Source: the human T2T-CHM13v2.0 reference genome, Homo sapiens
Strand: one strand, 5' to 3'
NCBI RefSeq assembly: GCF_009914755.1
Contig: NC_060926.1
Length of the DNA stretch: 64,000 nt
Shown: positions 30,519-44,241 of the stretch, piece by piece
How the letters are laid out: every line of letters begins with the position of its first letter
How positions within the stretch are numbered: position 1 is the stretch's first letter
Notes under the pieces: generated by a model
Database searches by the model: none
What the model was told of the DNA's origin: nothing
The model's input: only the letters and a program-made list of their open reading frames with translations
Made by a program: the position numbers and the translations under genes

Positions 30519-31047
30519 CCCAACAAATATTTATTGAACACCTACTATGTATCAGCACTGTTCCAGATGCAGACGATATAATAAACAAAACATAATGTCT
30601 TCACTGTCTTGAAACTTATATTCTAATTGTGGGAGACAAATGAATGAACACACAAATAATGTTATAATACAGCAGATGGTGCTAGGTGCAGCTCCAACCA
30701 GGGCGTCAGCAGCAGAGGGAGTGAGGAGTCTGATTCAGAATATGGTTTGATGGTAGAGCTAGCAGAATTTGCTCATTGATCTTGATGGAGGGTGTGAGTG
30801 TGAGAGAAATCAAGAGTGACATCCAGGTTTAGGAGTTAGCCACCAGAAGAGCAGAGGTTTTGTCTACTGAGACGTAGAAGACTTTGGGAAGAGCAGATGG
30901 GAGGGAGTTCACGAGTCTGGTCTTGTTCCTTTGGTTGGAGATGCCTACCAGACATCCAGCAGGGTATGTCCAATAGGTAGTTGGGTATATGGGTTTGAAA
31001 TTAGGTGAGAGAATTGGGCTAGAGACATTAACTTGGATGTCAGTCAG

Positions 31048-31464
31048 TGTATTAGGCCATTCTTGCATTGCTATAAAGGAATACCTGAGACAGGGTAATT
31101 TATAAAGAAAAGAGGTTTCATTGGCTCACAGTTCTACAGGTTGTACAGGAAGCATAGCACCGGCGTCTGCTTCTGGGGAGGCCTCTAGAAGCTTCTAATC
31201 ATGGCAGAAGGCAAAGCTGGAGCTTGCACATCACATGGCGAAAACAGGAGCAAGATAGAGAGGGAGGGGGTTTCACACACTTTTAAACAACTAGATCTCA
31301 CAAGAATTCACTCACTATCATGGGGACAGCACCAAGGGGATGGTACTAAACCAAGAGAAACCCACCCCCATGAGCCAATCACCTCCCACCAGGCCCCACT
31401 TTCAACACTGAGGATTACATTTCAACATGAGATTCGGGCAGGGGCACAACTCCATACTATATCA
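31048..31464 (-). mobile_element. MSTA-like MaLR solo LTR
   Basis: TGTATTAGGCCATTCTTGCATTGCTATAAAG...ACTATATCA; perfect 5-bp TSD GTCAG. Confidence 0.9.
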
Positions 31465-32100
31465 GTCAGCATGTAAATGTTATTTAAACCCATAGACTGG
31501 ATGAGATCACCAAGAGAGGCTAGACAGAGATGAGCATGACTGAGTATTGGGTCCTCCACGAGTAAGCCATCCAGAAGATGAGGGGTAATAAGTGAGAGGG
31601 GCTGAGAAGGGGTGGCCAGGGAAGTAGGAGGAAATCCAGGCAGGTTGGAGGCCTGGGAGCAATGCAAGGGGTTATCCCAAGGAAGATGGAGTGGTCCACT
31701 CTGTCAAGCCCTGCTAAGCTGCCAGGGACTACTGGATCCAGCACAGGGTTTATGATCCATGCAAACATGCTCATGCAGTGAGCGACCCACTGCAATTTCA
31801 GGATCATGTGGGAAAGAGAGGACAAACTAATGGTTGGGGTTAGCTTTTTACATCACATTCTCTTTCCTTTCTTATTAAGCAAAACAGAGCTCTGAAGCAA
31901 ATACGGTAAAATTTATTTACTATTAATCTGGGTATTGGGTTCGGAAGTATTAGTTATATCATTTCCTTCATTTTCCTATATATTTAAAATGTAGCATAAT
32001 AAAAAAGCAAAATAGCTTATTCTATGTAAATATTTGAAACAACTATGCATAAAATATTTTTAGAATGGCTCCCAAGAAGGTAGAAACTGACTGGCCCTGG

Positions 32101-32660
<560 letters not shown>

Positions 32661-32714
32661 TTGGGCAGTTGCAGCAAACTCGGGCAGGGCGGAGGGCTCC
32701 TTTTTACTCTCGAC

Positions 32715-32883
32715 TCAGCACGTAGATGAACGACCATGTAGCAAAACACATTTTAAAACTGAGGAACTAGGCTGGGCTCAGTAGCTCACACCTGTAATGT
32801 CAGTACTTTGGGAGGCAGAGGTGGGCAGATTGCTTGAGCTCAGGAGTTCGAGACCAACCTGGGCAATGTGGCGAAACCCATCT
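32715..32883 (+). repeat. Local duplicate of 29747-29916 (L1 flank plus Alu left arm)
   Basis: 47/55 identity in the non-Alu flank; shared private Alu variants. Confidence 0.9.
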
Positions 32884-32939
32884 TGTTTTATTTGAATTTT
32901 TAACAATGTGTACACTGATCCCTTTTTTTTTCTAAAGGG

Positions 32940-34060
<1,121 letters not shown>

Positions 34061-34946
34061 TAACAAGTCGAATAGTTTAACAAGCGAGGCTGGAGATAGC
34101 TCTTGCTGACCAGCTCTTGCTGGGAGAAGCGAGGTTCACTGGGCCTGCCAACAGCTGCAGTTTGGGATTTAGGAGCTTCAAGGTTTCTGAGCTGGAAAAG
34201 TCCTGGGGTCCTTTGTCTGTGCAAAGATCCATCTTGAACACATCGGCCGCTGCCTGCTGTGGCCCAGCCTGCACCAGGCAGTTTCATGGATACAGGACGG
34301 TATCATTTTCAACCCCACCCTGTGAGGGAAGTGTTTTCATCCCCACTTTTGTGACAGAAGCCCTGAGCCATAGGGAGCTCACCCAGCGGGAAGTGGTAGC
34401 ATCGGCTTGGAGCCCAGTCCCAGGCTGGGAGGAGAGAAAAGCTGTGAACCTCCCAGAACACTGGCTTTCGCATTGAAGGAGCTCTCAGGAGAGGCCTCGC
34501 CAAGCCCTAGGGCAAACAGGAACAGGCTGAAGGGCATAAGGGGAAGGGTCAAGGAGAGACACTGGCTAGGCTGGTCCCATGGGCCTAGGAAAGCAGTCAC
34601 AGTCCTGTCCAGATCCCCCCAGGGCACAGCCTATGCCTAGAGTCCCTCCTTCCACTAACCTTTGATGGTTGCCGGTCCACCCTCGCCCTGCTCAGTCCTC
34701 CCTCATCTGAGAATGACAGGCTTGGCTGGGGAATCTTGTCCTCATTGTGCCAGCAGCCTGGGGACCTGAAAAAGAAAGGTCTCACCTCCTCGGGCCCATC
34801 TCCCTCCCTCCAGTCACTGCCATCCACTCCACCATTGCTGCGGCCAACTCCTGGTGGGGACCACGTGGGCTTCTCTGCTGCCATCCTCACATCTCTCAGG
34901 GGCTCCACCACACCCACTGACAGAGGAGCATGCTGCAGCTCCAAGG

Positions 34947-35762
34947 GTTTAGTGGATTGAATAGTGGCCCCCAAAAATCCATGTCCAAGTCTGAACACCC
35001 CAGTATCTGTGAACGTGCACTTATTTGGAAATAGGTCTTTATCAATGGAATTGAGGTAAGGATCTCCAGATGGGATCATCCTGAATTTAGGGAGGCCCTA
35101 AACCCAATGACTGGCATTCCTGTAAGAGAAAGGAGGGGGAAATTTGTGACCCAGACACAGTGGAAAGACAGAGAGTGGAATATCGCAGCCCCAAGCCAAG
35201 GGACATCTGGGTGGCCGGTAAGTGCCAGAAGCCAGAAGAGTGGCATGGAGCAGACTGTCCCTTGGAGCTTCCAGAAGGAACCACCCTGCCCTACTGTATT
35301 AGTCCATTTTCACACTGCTGATAAAGACTCAGCCAATGCTGGGAAGAAAAAGAGGTTTAATGGACTCACAGTTCCATGTGGCTGGGGAGGCCTCACAATC
35401 ATGGTGGAAGGCAAGGAGGAACAAGTCACATCTTACATGGATGGCAGCAGACAAAGAGATTTCATGCAGGGAAACCCTCCCTTATAAAACCATCAGATCT
35501 CATGAGACTTGTTCACTATCGTGAGAACAGCACAGGAGAGACCTCCCCCATGATTCAGTTGTCTCCCACCAGGTTCCTCCCACAACACATGGGAATGATG
35601 GGAGCTACACTTCAAGACAAGGTTTGAGTGAGGACACAGCCAAACCATATCACCCACCTTGATTTCAGATTCTGGCGTCCATCACTGTGAGAGAATATAT
35701 ATCTGTTGCTTGAAGCCACCTGGTTTGTGGTCCTTGGACAGAAGCCCTAGGAAGCTAACATG
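34947..35762 (+). mobile_element. MLT1B/C-like MaLR LTR, interrupted by THE1
   Basis: TTGAATAGTGGCCCCCAAAA, CTTATTTGGAAATAGGTCTTT, CAGAAGCCCTAGGAAGCTAACA. Confidence 0.85.
35295..35652 (-). mobile_element. THE1B-like MaLR solo LTR
   Basis: TGTATTAGTCCATTTTCACACTGCTGATAAAGAC...CCAAACCATATCA; TSD CCTAC/CCCAC. Confidence 0.9.
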
Positions 35763-35866
35763 GAAGATTATGAGGTTTTCCCGGGGTCACTCAGCTGGAA
35801 AGTGGGGGGCTGTGAACGGAGGTCCCTCCTGGCTGTTCACGACTATGATACACTGATGCTAGGCGG

Positions 35867-35965
35867 TGACAAAGGCCCTCTTTTGGCCAAACTCTAGCTA
35901 GGCTCCTCTGAACCCTTTCTCAGCCGGGCGTCCTCTGTGGCCTGTAAGAACTTGAACAGAACACT
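35867..35965 (+). mobile_element. MER31-like LTR 5' fragment
   Basis: TGACAAAG...CCAAACTCTAGCTAGGCTCCTCTGAACCC. Confidence 0.55.
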
Positions 35966-36809
35966 GTGGTGCTGAGGCACCCCCGCACCTTGGGGGGCTG
36001 CAAGAGAAGGGAACACCCCCCAGGACATTAGTGAGAATGACCAAGAATGCTGTATTTTTCCTGTTCCAACTCTAAGAAGTCATAAAACTACACAAATGGA
36101 GCCAGTTTCTGAGTAAAAGAGAAGTGAGTGGTGGGGTGGTTTTGTTTTGGTTGTTACTGAATTTTTTATTAAAACAGCCCCTGTAGGGTGCCACTGAGAA
36201 GCACAGTCCCCTACCCACCATGCTCCCTCCCCCAGTTCTCCCCACAGACAACCCGTTTCCGGTCTTAGTTCTTCGAGCCATTCCCTCCTGGGCTGAGTTT
36301 TCTCCACATGCCCTCCGGGCCCCATCTCTGACTTTGCCCCTGCTCTCTGCCCCAGGTGGCCAAGCAGGCTGAACGCTGAGGTCTGCAGCAGGGCCGGCCC
36401 TGTGCCCTCTGGCTTCCCATGGGACTGTGGAAGGGGAGGGCAGGGGGATGGAGGTTTATTTTCCTGGCACCTTCCTGCCAGGCCCAGGTACGGACAGAGG
36501 CTGTGTGGCCATAACTCCTGCTGGGTGGACCCTCTGCCCAGCACCAGCTCCCTGCCAGGCTTCTGAGAAGCTGTTCCCTGGGCCTCCTGCCCTTTGCTGG
36601 CCCCTTAGCCCTGCCCACACCTCTGCCACACCTCTAGGAAATGTACTTCTAAACTTAGTATGAGATGAGATTCCTTCTCACCCCCATCTCGGCCCTGCTC
36701 CCATGGCCCAAGGGGACATTTCGAACCCTCTCGTCTTCTGGAGACATCAAAATATAGCTGTTAAAGAGGCAAATACTCTCTGGACCCATTAACAATTAAT
36801 GCAATGGAA

Positions 36810-36866
36810 AAAGTCACACTCATCTGATTTTGCATCTTTGGGCAAAATCAGATTTTGTGTGACTTT
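36810..36866. other. 57-nt stem-loop (10-bp plus 12-bp perfect stems)
   Basis: AAAGTCACAC/GTGTGACTTT and ATCTGATTTTGC/GCAAAATCAGAT with 8-nt loop. Confidence 0.9.
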
Positions 36867-37025
36867 GGGCAAGTCACATAACCTCTCTGAGTCTCTGTTT
36901 TCTCCTTGTGAGATGAGGATACTTCTTGTTGAAGTTGCATCTCCAACAGCAACTTCTTGGAGCATTGCAAAGCATTGAACCGGACCAGCACCATGCCCTG
37001 CACATGGTAGACGCGAGGAGCAGAA
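36856..37025 (+). mobile_element. MIR
   Basis: TGTGTGACTTTGGGCAAGTCACATAACCTCTCTGAGTCTCTGTTTTCTC. Confidence 0.85.
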
Positions 37026-37524
37026 CTCTAGGGAGTCTAGCATCTCCCCGAGCCCTCATGACCCCCTACAGGGGCGGGCAGGCACTGTTGCCCCCATCTG
37101 ACAGAGCAAGTGAGCCGAAGAGCATGTTCATGCAGCAGTGAGGGGCCTGAGCAGGATTAGGACTCAGGTCTCCCAACACCCAGGCCAGGGGCCTCTTGGG
37201 TATGCCGAAGACCACTTCCAGTGCTTTTAAAAATGCTTTTGATATTTATGGGCAAAACAATTGGATATCTGGGATTGACTGTAAAATACTCCAGCAAAAA
37301 CCAAAAAAGTTGGTGGGAAGAAGAATAGGTAAAACAGACTATTGGTAGACGGGTGGACCCTGGTGCTGGTGACAGGTTCTGTGTATTCTTTACATGGCTC
37401 TCTTTCCCTTTGGGTATGTTTTCAGTTTTCCACAATAAAACCTTAACCTCTTTATGAATCATCTCTAATGACTGGTGAAATCGTTAATAAGAAAAGCAAA
37501 ATGCAGAATTGTGTAACTCCCAAT

Positions 37525-37560
37525 TGTGTGTGTGTGTGTGTGTGTCTGTGTCTGTGTCTA
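37525..37560. repeat. (TG)n/(TGTCTG)n microsatellite
   Basis: Direct observation. Confidence 0.9.
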
Positions 37561-37694
37561 CCCACATAGGTGTGAAAAGATCCCTAACGAATGTGTTAAT
37601 TCAATGTTTATTTCTGGGTGATGGATTGATTATTTTTGTTTCCTTCTTTTATTTGTAAGTATTTTCCAAGGTTTCTAAAGTGAGTACTTGTTAC

Positions 37695-38324
<630 letters not shown>

Positions 38325-40297
38325 CTATGTTATTTTATAATCAGAAAAACAGCCACTAGTAAAACGTTTAAAGTATAACTTTGCCAAATTGAGCCATTGG
38401 GGCAGGAGATGCTGGGAGCACAGAGCAGGAGATACAGTGTGGCTGGGGGTCCCCACAGCTGCCTAACTGAGCCTCGCCAGGCAAGATGGGGATGGGGATG
38501 GGAAAGGCAGGTGCTCTTGCTTCCTCAGAGACAAGGGGGTGGTCAGGCAGGTCCCCCTGCACCTTGAGGCTTCTCAGATTCCTCTCCCACCAGTGGGTGC
38601 CAGTCCCAGGAGGCCTAGCCATCACACATGCTGCCCAGCCCGGCCCTGCCCGGTCACCTTGGCCTTGCCTCAAGGGCTGGGTACCAGGGGAGGTGAGCCG
38701 GGTGCCAGGGCCACAGCCTGCATCTGGGGGTGGCGTGGCAGAGAGGCACGTCGTCCTTCTTCTCAGAGATGGGCTTTAGTTTCATCATCTGATCCCACCA
38801 ACGGAGGGCAGCAGGACAGCGGAGTATGAAAGGTGGTGCCAACCAGGCCCAGCCAGTGTGATGCCAGACCCCTCCCTGGCTTAGCGGGCAGACACAGAGA
38901 CTGCCCCTGTTACTGAGGACCTACCACGTGCCAGGCATATCCCACGACCTGGAGAAGCAGGAATTGCTGTGCCCATTTCACAGATGAGAGAGGGGAGACT
39001 AAGAGCTCCACTCACCTAGTTGAAACCCTCCAGCATTTCCTCATTGCCCTCAGGCCGGGTCTTAGCACCCCCACCCTTGTTTCTGCCACTCTGAAATATA
39101 TATTGTGCACCTGCTTGCCTCCAGTCCTGTGCTTAGGGTCTCCCTTGCTGTATCGGCTCTCTCCTCATTCTGTCATCCTCATGTCTCAGTGGCAATGCCA
39201 CCTCCTCCAGGAAACCTCCCCTGATAGGCTCAGGCTACTGGGACAACCCTCCCTCTCTCAGTGTTCCTCCGCATAGCCTTATCGTGCTGTGCTGCAGGCA
39301 TACTTCCCTGTCACTTCTCCCTGTGGCCCCTGACCATGGACTCCCTGAGGACGGGGACAGAGTCAGGGCCACCATACAGAATCACCTCTCCAGAGGGCTG
39401 CTGTACCATGCCACTCCAGGGTAACGGTTCCATGAGTGTTCCCTTGACTGGTGTCCTTGTGCAAGATGCAACCTGCACAACTGCACATAGCAGCCCTGGC
39501 TTGGGCCTTACTCATCTCTGGGCTGACAAGAGGTTTGTGTAAGTGGAATGAGTGAATGAATGAATGAATGAATGAGCAAGTGGGTGGGTGAGGGAGTTTC
39601 CCAGGTCTCCCAGTGGCACAGTTAAGGTTCCATCCTTGGCTGGAGACACTCTAGATCTCCTGCTTTGCATGCCTGCTGGAGGACTGGAGAGCTTGGGACC
39701 TGCCCAGGCACTGGGCTGAAGCTGGTCCAGAGCCCTGAGCCATACCCAAGAAGGGCCTCTGGCTGAGGCAGACCCCTGGGGCCTCCCTGGGATGGGCACC
39801 CCAGTGGGAGGGATGTGCTGCTGGAGAAGCCAGATGGGCCAGGTAAGGCTGATGCCCACAGGACATGTGGAAGCTGATAACCTGAGACAGACACTGTCCT
39901 GGTAGGTCTGGGGACTCTTTGCTCAGGAAGTGGCCTATAGCCTTGGAGTGGAGCCTACCTGTACCATGAGGGCTTCTCCAGGGAGCAGACAAAACCGAGT
40001 AGAGAATTCAACACAAACCTAGTGAAGGTCTATTATGTGTGGGATTCTGTGCTGTGTCCTGGGGCCCCAAATGCTAAGCATAGTCCCTGCCATCAGGCTG
40101 CTCACAGCCCACAGGCAGATATGAGAGCATCATCTCCCCTTCCCCAGGTCCAGGGTGTCTCCTGACTCAGGGAGCCTGGACCTAATTTTCCCACAGAAGG
40201 TGCAGAGGCGATGGAAGGGGAGACAGGGCAGGAGGTTGGGACACCAGAGGAGGACCCTGCATGGCAGCTCACAGTTACCCTTTAGAAGCTGGGTTCA

Positions 40298-40630
<333 letters not shown>

Positions 40631-40924
40631 AAAAGAGGAAGAAGAAGAAGGAGAAGGAGAAAAAGGAGAAGGAGAAGGAGAAAAAAAAAGAGGACGAGGA
40701 GAAGGGGAAGGGGAAGGAGAAGAGGAAGAGGAAGAAGGAGAAGGAGAAGAAGGAAGGAGGAGAAGAGGAAGAGGAAGAGGAGGAGGAGGAAGAAGAGGAA
40801 GAGGAAGAAGAAGAAGGAGAAGAGGAAGAGGAAGAGGAGGAGAAGGAAGAAGAGGAAGAGGAAGAAGAAGAAGAAGGAGAAGGAGGATGAGGAGGAGAAG
40901 GAGAAGAAGAAGAAGAAGAAGAAA
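40631..40924. repeat. Polypurine (GAA/GAG/GGAGAA)n tract derived from the Alu tail
   Basis: About 290 nt, almost pure purine, lying inside the Alu TSD. Confidence 0.95.
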
Positions 40925-41004
40925 TAATCAGTAGCAGCAGCAGCTGGATTCATGCTTAGGCTGTTCTTAGATGCAGTGATGGAATAGAAAGGAGGTGGGC
41001 TTTG

Positions 41005-41345
<341 letters not shown>

Positions 41346-41444
41346 CTACCACTTCGTGGGTTTGTGACATTGCAAATTACTTAGCACCTGTGACGCCCAG
41401 TGTCTGCAAAACGGGAATGATGGTAAGACCTGTTGGTGCAGGCT

Positions 41445-41860
41445 GCCACATCAATGAGTCTCGGGGTGATTACGCCCAGGGAAAGAAGGCAGGCAAAAAA
41501 AGAATAACTACAGTATTGATTCTCTACCTGGACCCATTACCAATTAATGCAATGGAAAAAGTCACACACATCTGATTTTGCATCCTGTGTGACTTTGGGC
41601 AAGTGTTCCCAAGGGCAGAGCAATCACACTGGGAGAAGGCAGGTCAGCAGTTGTGGAGGATAGGGGTAAGGTGTGAGGATGAATGAAAGGATGACAAAGG
41701 GCCACTTGGAAGCTTCTGGAGGTGAGAGACATGTTCATTATCTTAACTGTGATGATGGTTCCATGGGAGTATATGGATGTTAAAAATTAAGTAGTACACT
41801 TTAAATCTGTGCAGCTTATTGTATGTCAATTATATTCCAGTAGAGCAGTTTTAAAAGAGA
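41445..41860 (+). mobile_element. Old L1ME/MB 3' end, interrupted at 41528-41604
   Basis: TATCTTAACTGTGATGATGGTT, GTACACTTTAAATCTGTGCAG, TTGTATGTCAATTATA. Confidence 0.7.
41528..41604 (+). repeat. Local duplicate of 36780-36874 lacking the inner hairpin arm
   Basis: Near-identical CTGGACCCATTA..TGCATC and TGTGTGACTTTGGGCAAGT blocks. Confidence 0.95.
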
Positions 41861-42779
41861 AATCCCCTTAATTCTAAAATGTTTTAAAATTCAGCGCCTT
41901 CTTCCTGAGGACTGTGTCACAGGTTGAAGTGACTATGTTGAGCGCCTTGTTGGTGTCTGGATGTAGCACATTTCGTGACGGTTAGATCCTTCCCCATCCT
42001 TAGGTGATCAAGTTGATTATTGCCCGATGCATTTGTTGAAAGCACATCTAGTGAGTTCCAACAAGGTGACGGACATGTACTGAGTGCTGGGGCCAGAAGA
42101 GCTAAGTCCTGCCCTCCAGGAGCTTCATGCCAAGGGGCCAGGAAAGACCTCCAAGCAGGGACCACATAGCGTGGTTAGGCCTGTCTGGAGAGGAGCCCAG
42201 GGCAGCCCCCTGAAGAGGCCAGGGGGCCCAGAACCCCAGCTGGCAATGATCAGTTTCTTCTGTTCAGACTCCTCTGTCAGGACCCACTGCTCACCCAGTC
42301 TGGTGGACCTTGTTGGCCACCGGAAGAAGGGCAGGCTTTGGGGCACACTGCCGGCACTTCCTGACTGTTCATATGTACCTGAGTTTGGCGAACCTTGGGC
42401 TTTTCAACCTTTAATGCATGTATAAGCAAGTATTGCCTTCAGATTTGGGTTGCTGTTTTTCTGGTTTTCTTTTTAGTTTTGATTCCTTTTTAGCCAATTA
42501 GTCCTTTTCTGAGCTATAATAGCAAAAAAATTCAAAACAAAAATGTCCAGCAATATGGATTTTGTTTAATAAATTAGACTGAGCTTCAAAACAGCAGGTA
42601 GGATGTTCTGGGGTGGTGTGGTAATGTGTGTGTGCATGCACACTCAGGAGCCATGAGGTGTGAATAATAATTTCTCTTTCGTACTCTTTTGCTAGTTGAC
42701 ATTTTCTATGCTTGGAAATGATCATGTACCACTCTAGTATTAAGAGGAAAATACTGAAATAAATCACACACAGAAAGAA

Positions 42780-43482
42780 GTCCATGGAACCATATCTGTC
42801 CACCCCCAGCTCAGATCACCATCATCTCCTCCATGACCTGCTGCTGCCCTGGCCTCCCAAATGCACCCCCTCCTACCCCCTATCTCTAGGCCTGTTCTGT
42901 ACCCCGAGAGATCTTCACAAAATGCAAATCTGATCACATCCGTCTTCTGCTTTAACGCTCTCTTCTGGCTCCTCTGGCCGCAGAAGAGTCTCCTCCATTT
43001 GTGTGGTAGACCAAGCCCTATGGACCATCCCTTCCCATGTCCAAGCTCAGACCTCACAGCTCCCCTGAAACCAGGCTCTGCCTGGAACATCCCAGCCTCT
43101 TTCTGCCATATGTGTTGAGTGCTGAGGACATTTGGGGTTTGCTCTGCTGGAGCTGTTTTCCTGACCTCGCCCTCCCTCTGTTCTCAGCAACCAGTTCCTT
43201 GCCCTGCAGCTCTGAGTCGAGGTCACTTTCCTTTGGCGAAGCTGCCCCTTCTGTCCTGGGTGCGCCCATGGCCACCATAGCCCATCCACCTGAGTGTGCG
43301 ACCTCTACCTGTACTTCCTGCCTCCTTGCCTGGCGCCTCCACTGGCCTGGGAGGGTCTCACTCGTCCTTCCACATGCTGCTGCCTAGGGGATGGGGCTTA
43401 TTCACTGCTGTCTCCCTGCACCAAGCACAGCTCCTGAACTAGAGAAGGTGGCCAACAAGGTGCTCCTGGGGAATGAATGAAT
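42780..43482 (+). mobile_element. L2
   Basis: AAAATGCAAATCTGATCACATC, CTCTGCCTGGAACATCC, GAATGAATGAAT tail. Confidence 0.8.
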
Positions 43483-43639
43483 AAGGAACCCCTAAGAATG
43501 CATTCGTGTGAATCCTACTCGAATCAAGTCCTCTGGTTTGAAGAGTTGTTTTTGTTTTTTATTCTGTTTAACTCTTTAATCCCCTGGTGATATTGCCCTC
43601 TCCTAAACTTCTGTAGGATCTGCTGAGATACTGCTTATT

Positions 43640-44015
43640 TGACCCTTTCCCTATACAGGTGATTTAAAAAAGCTGTGTGAGCAAGAAAGTAAGTGAATGG
43701 GGGAAAGGGAGAAATGAAAATTTAAGCTGAAAACAGGGCACAGTCAATACATAAAAACATGCATTATAATGCTAGAAGTGGGCTACTTATGTGATCCTGA
43801 GCTTCCTACTGGTCAAAGAGGGAAAATGGCCAGCCTCAGGGTGCTCAGATTCTATAAGATATAAACAAGCCAGTTATTTCAAAACATAGACTTTCCTGAA
43901 TCTGAAATCTGAAAGTAATTTCTCTTGTGGTTTCAAATAAAGGTGGTCTAATGGGATGAGGGACAATGTCTTGACCACATGGTGAATTTCTGTAGCTCCT
44001 TCTTAAATAGCATCT
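43640..44015. mobile_element. Possible L4 (RTE-X) ancient LINE fragment
   Basis: GCTAGAAGTGGGC...CTGAGCTTCCTA...CAAAGAGGGAAA resembles recalled L4 consensus. Confidence 0.4.
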
Positions 44016-44062
44016 TCAAAGCACTTGGTTGGCATTGTGGCAAAATGTAGCAGCAAACTCAC

Positions 44063-44241
44063 CCATCCAGGCAGGGGTCAGTCTAGGCAATACTGGCTTA
44101 TCAGAAACAAGGTGTGGTAAAAGCAATGAGCTCACAGACCCATACGGAAGCTCCTTCTCAAAGAAAATCCAGGAAGTTGCTGACAGCAACGATGACAGGC
44201 GCCGCTGGAGGCAGTATTGCCCATCTCTAGAGGGGAGATGC
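44063..44241 (-). ncRNA. Candidate 179-nt exon on the minus strand
   Basis: Acceptor CTACTGCCCTTCCTCCCAG|G, donor TGG|GTGAGT; no transcript evidence. Confidence 0.3.
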
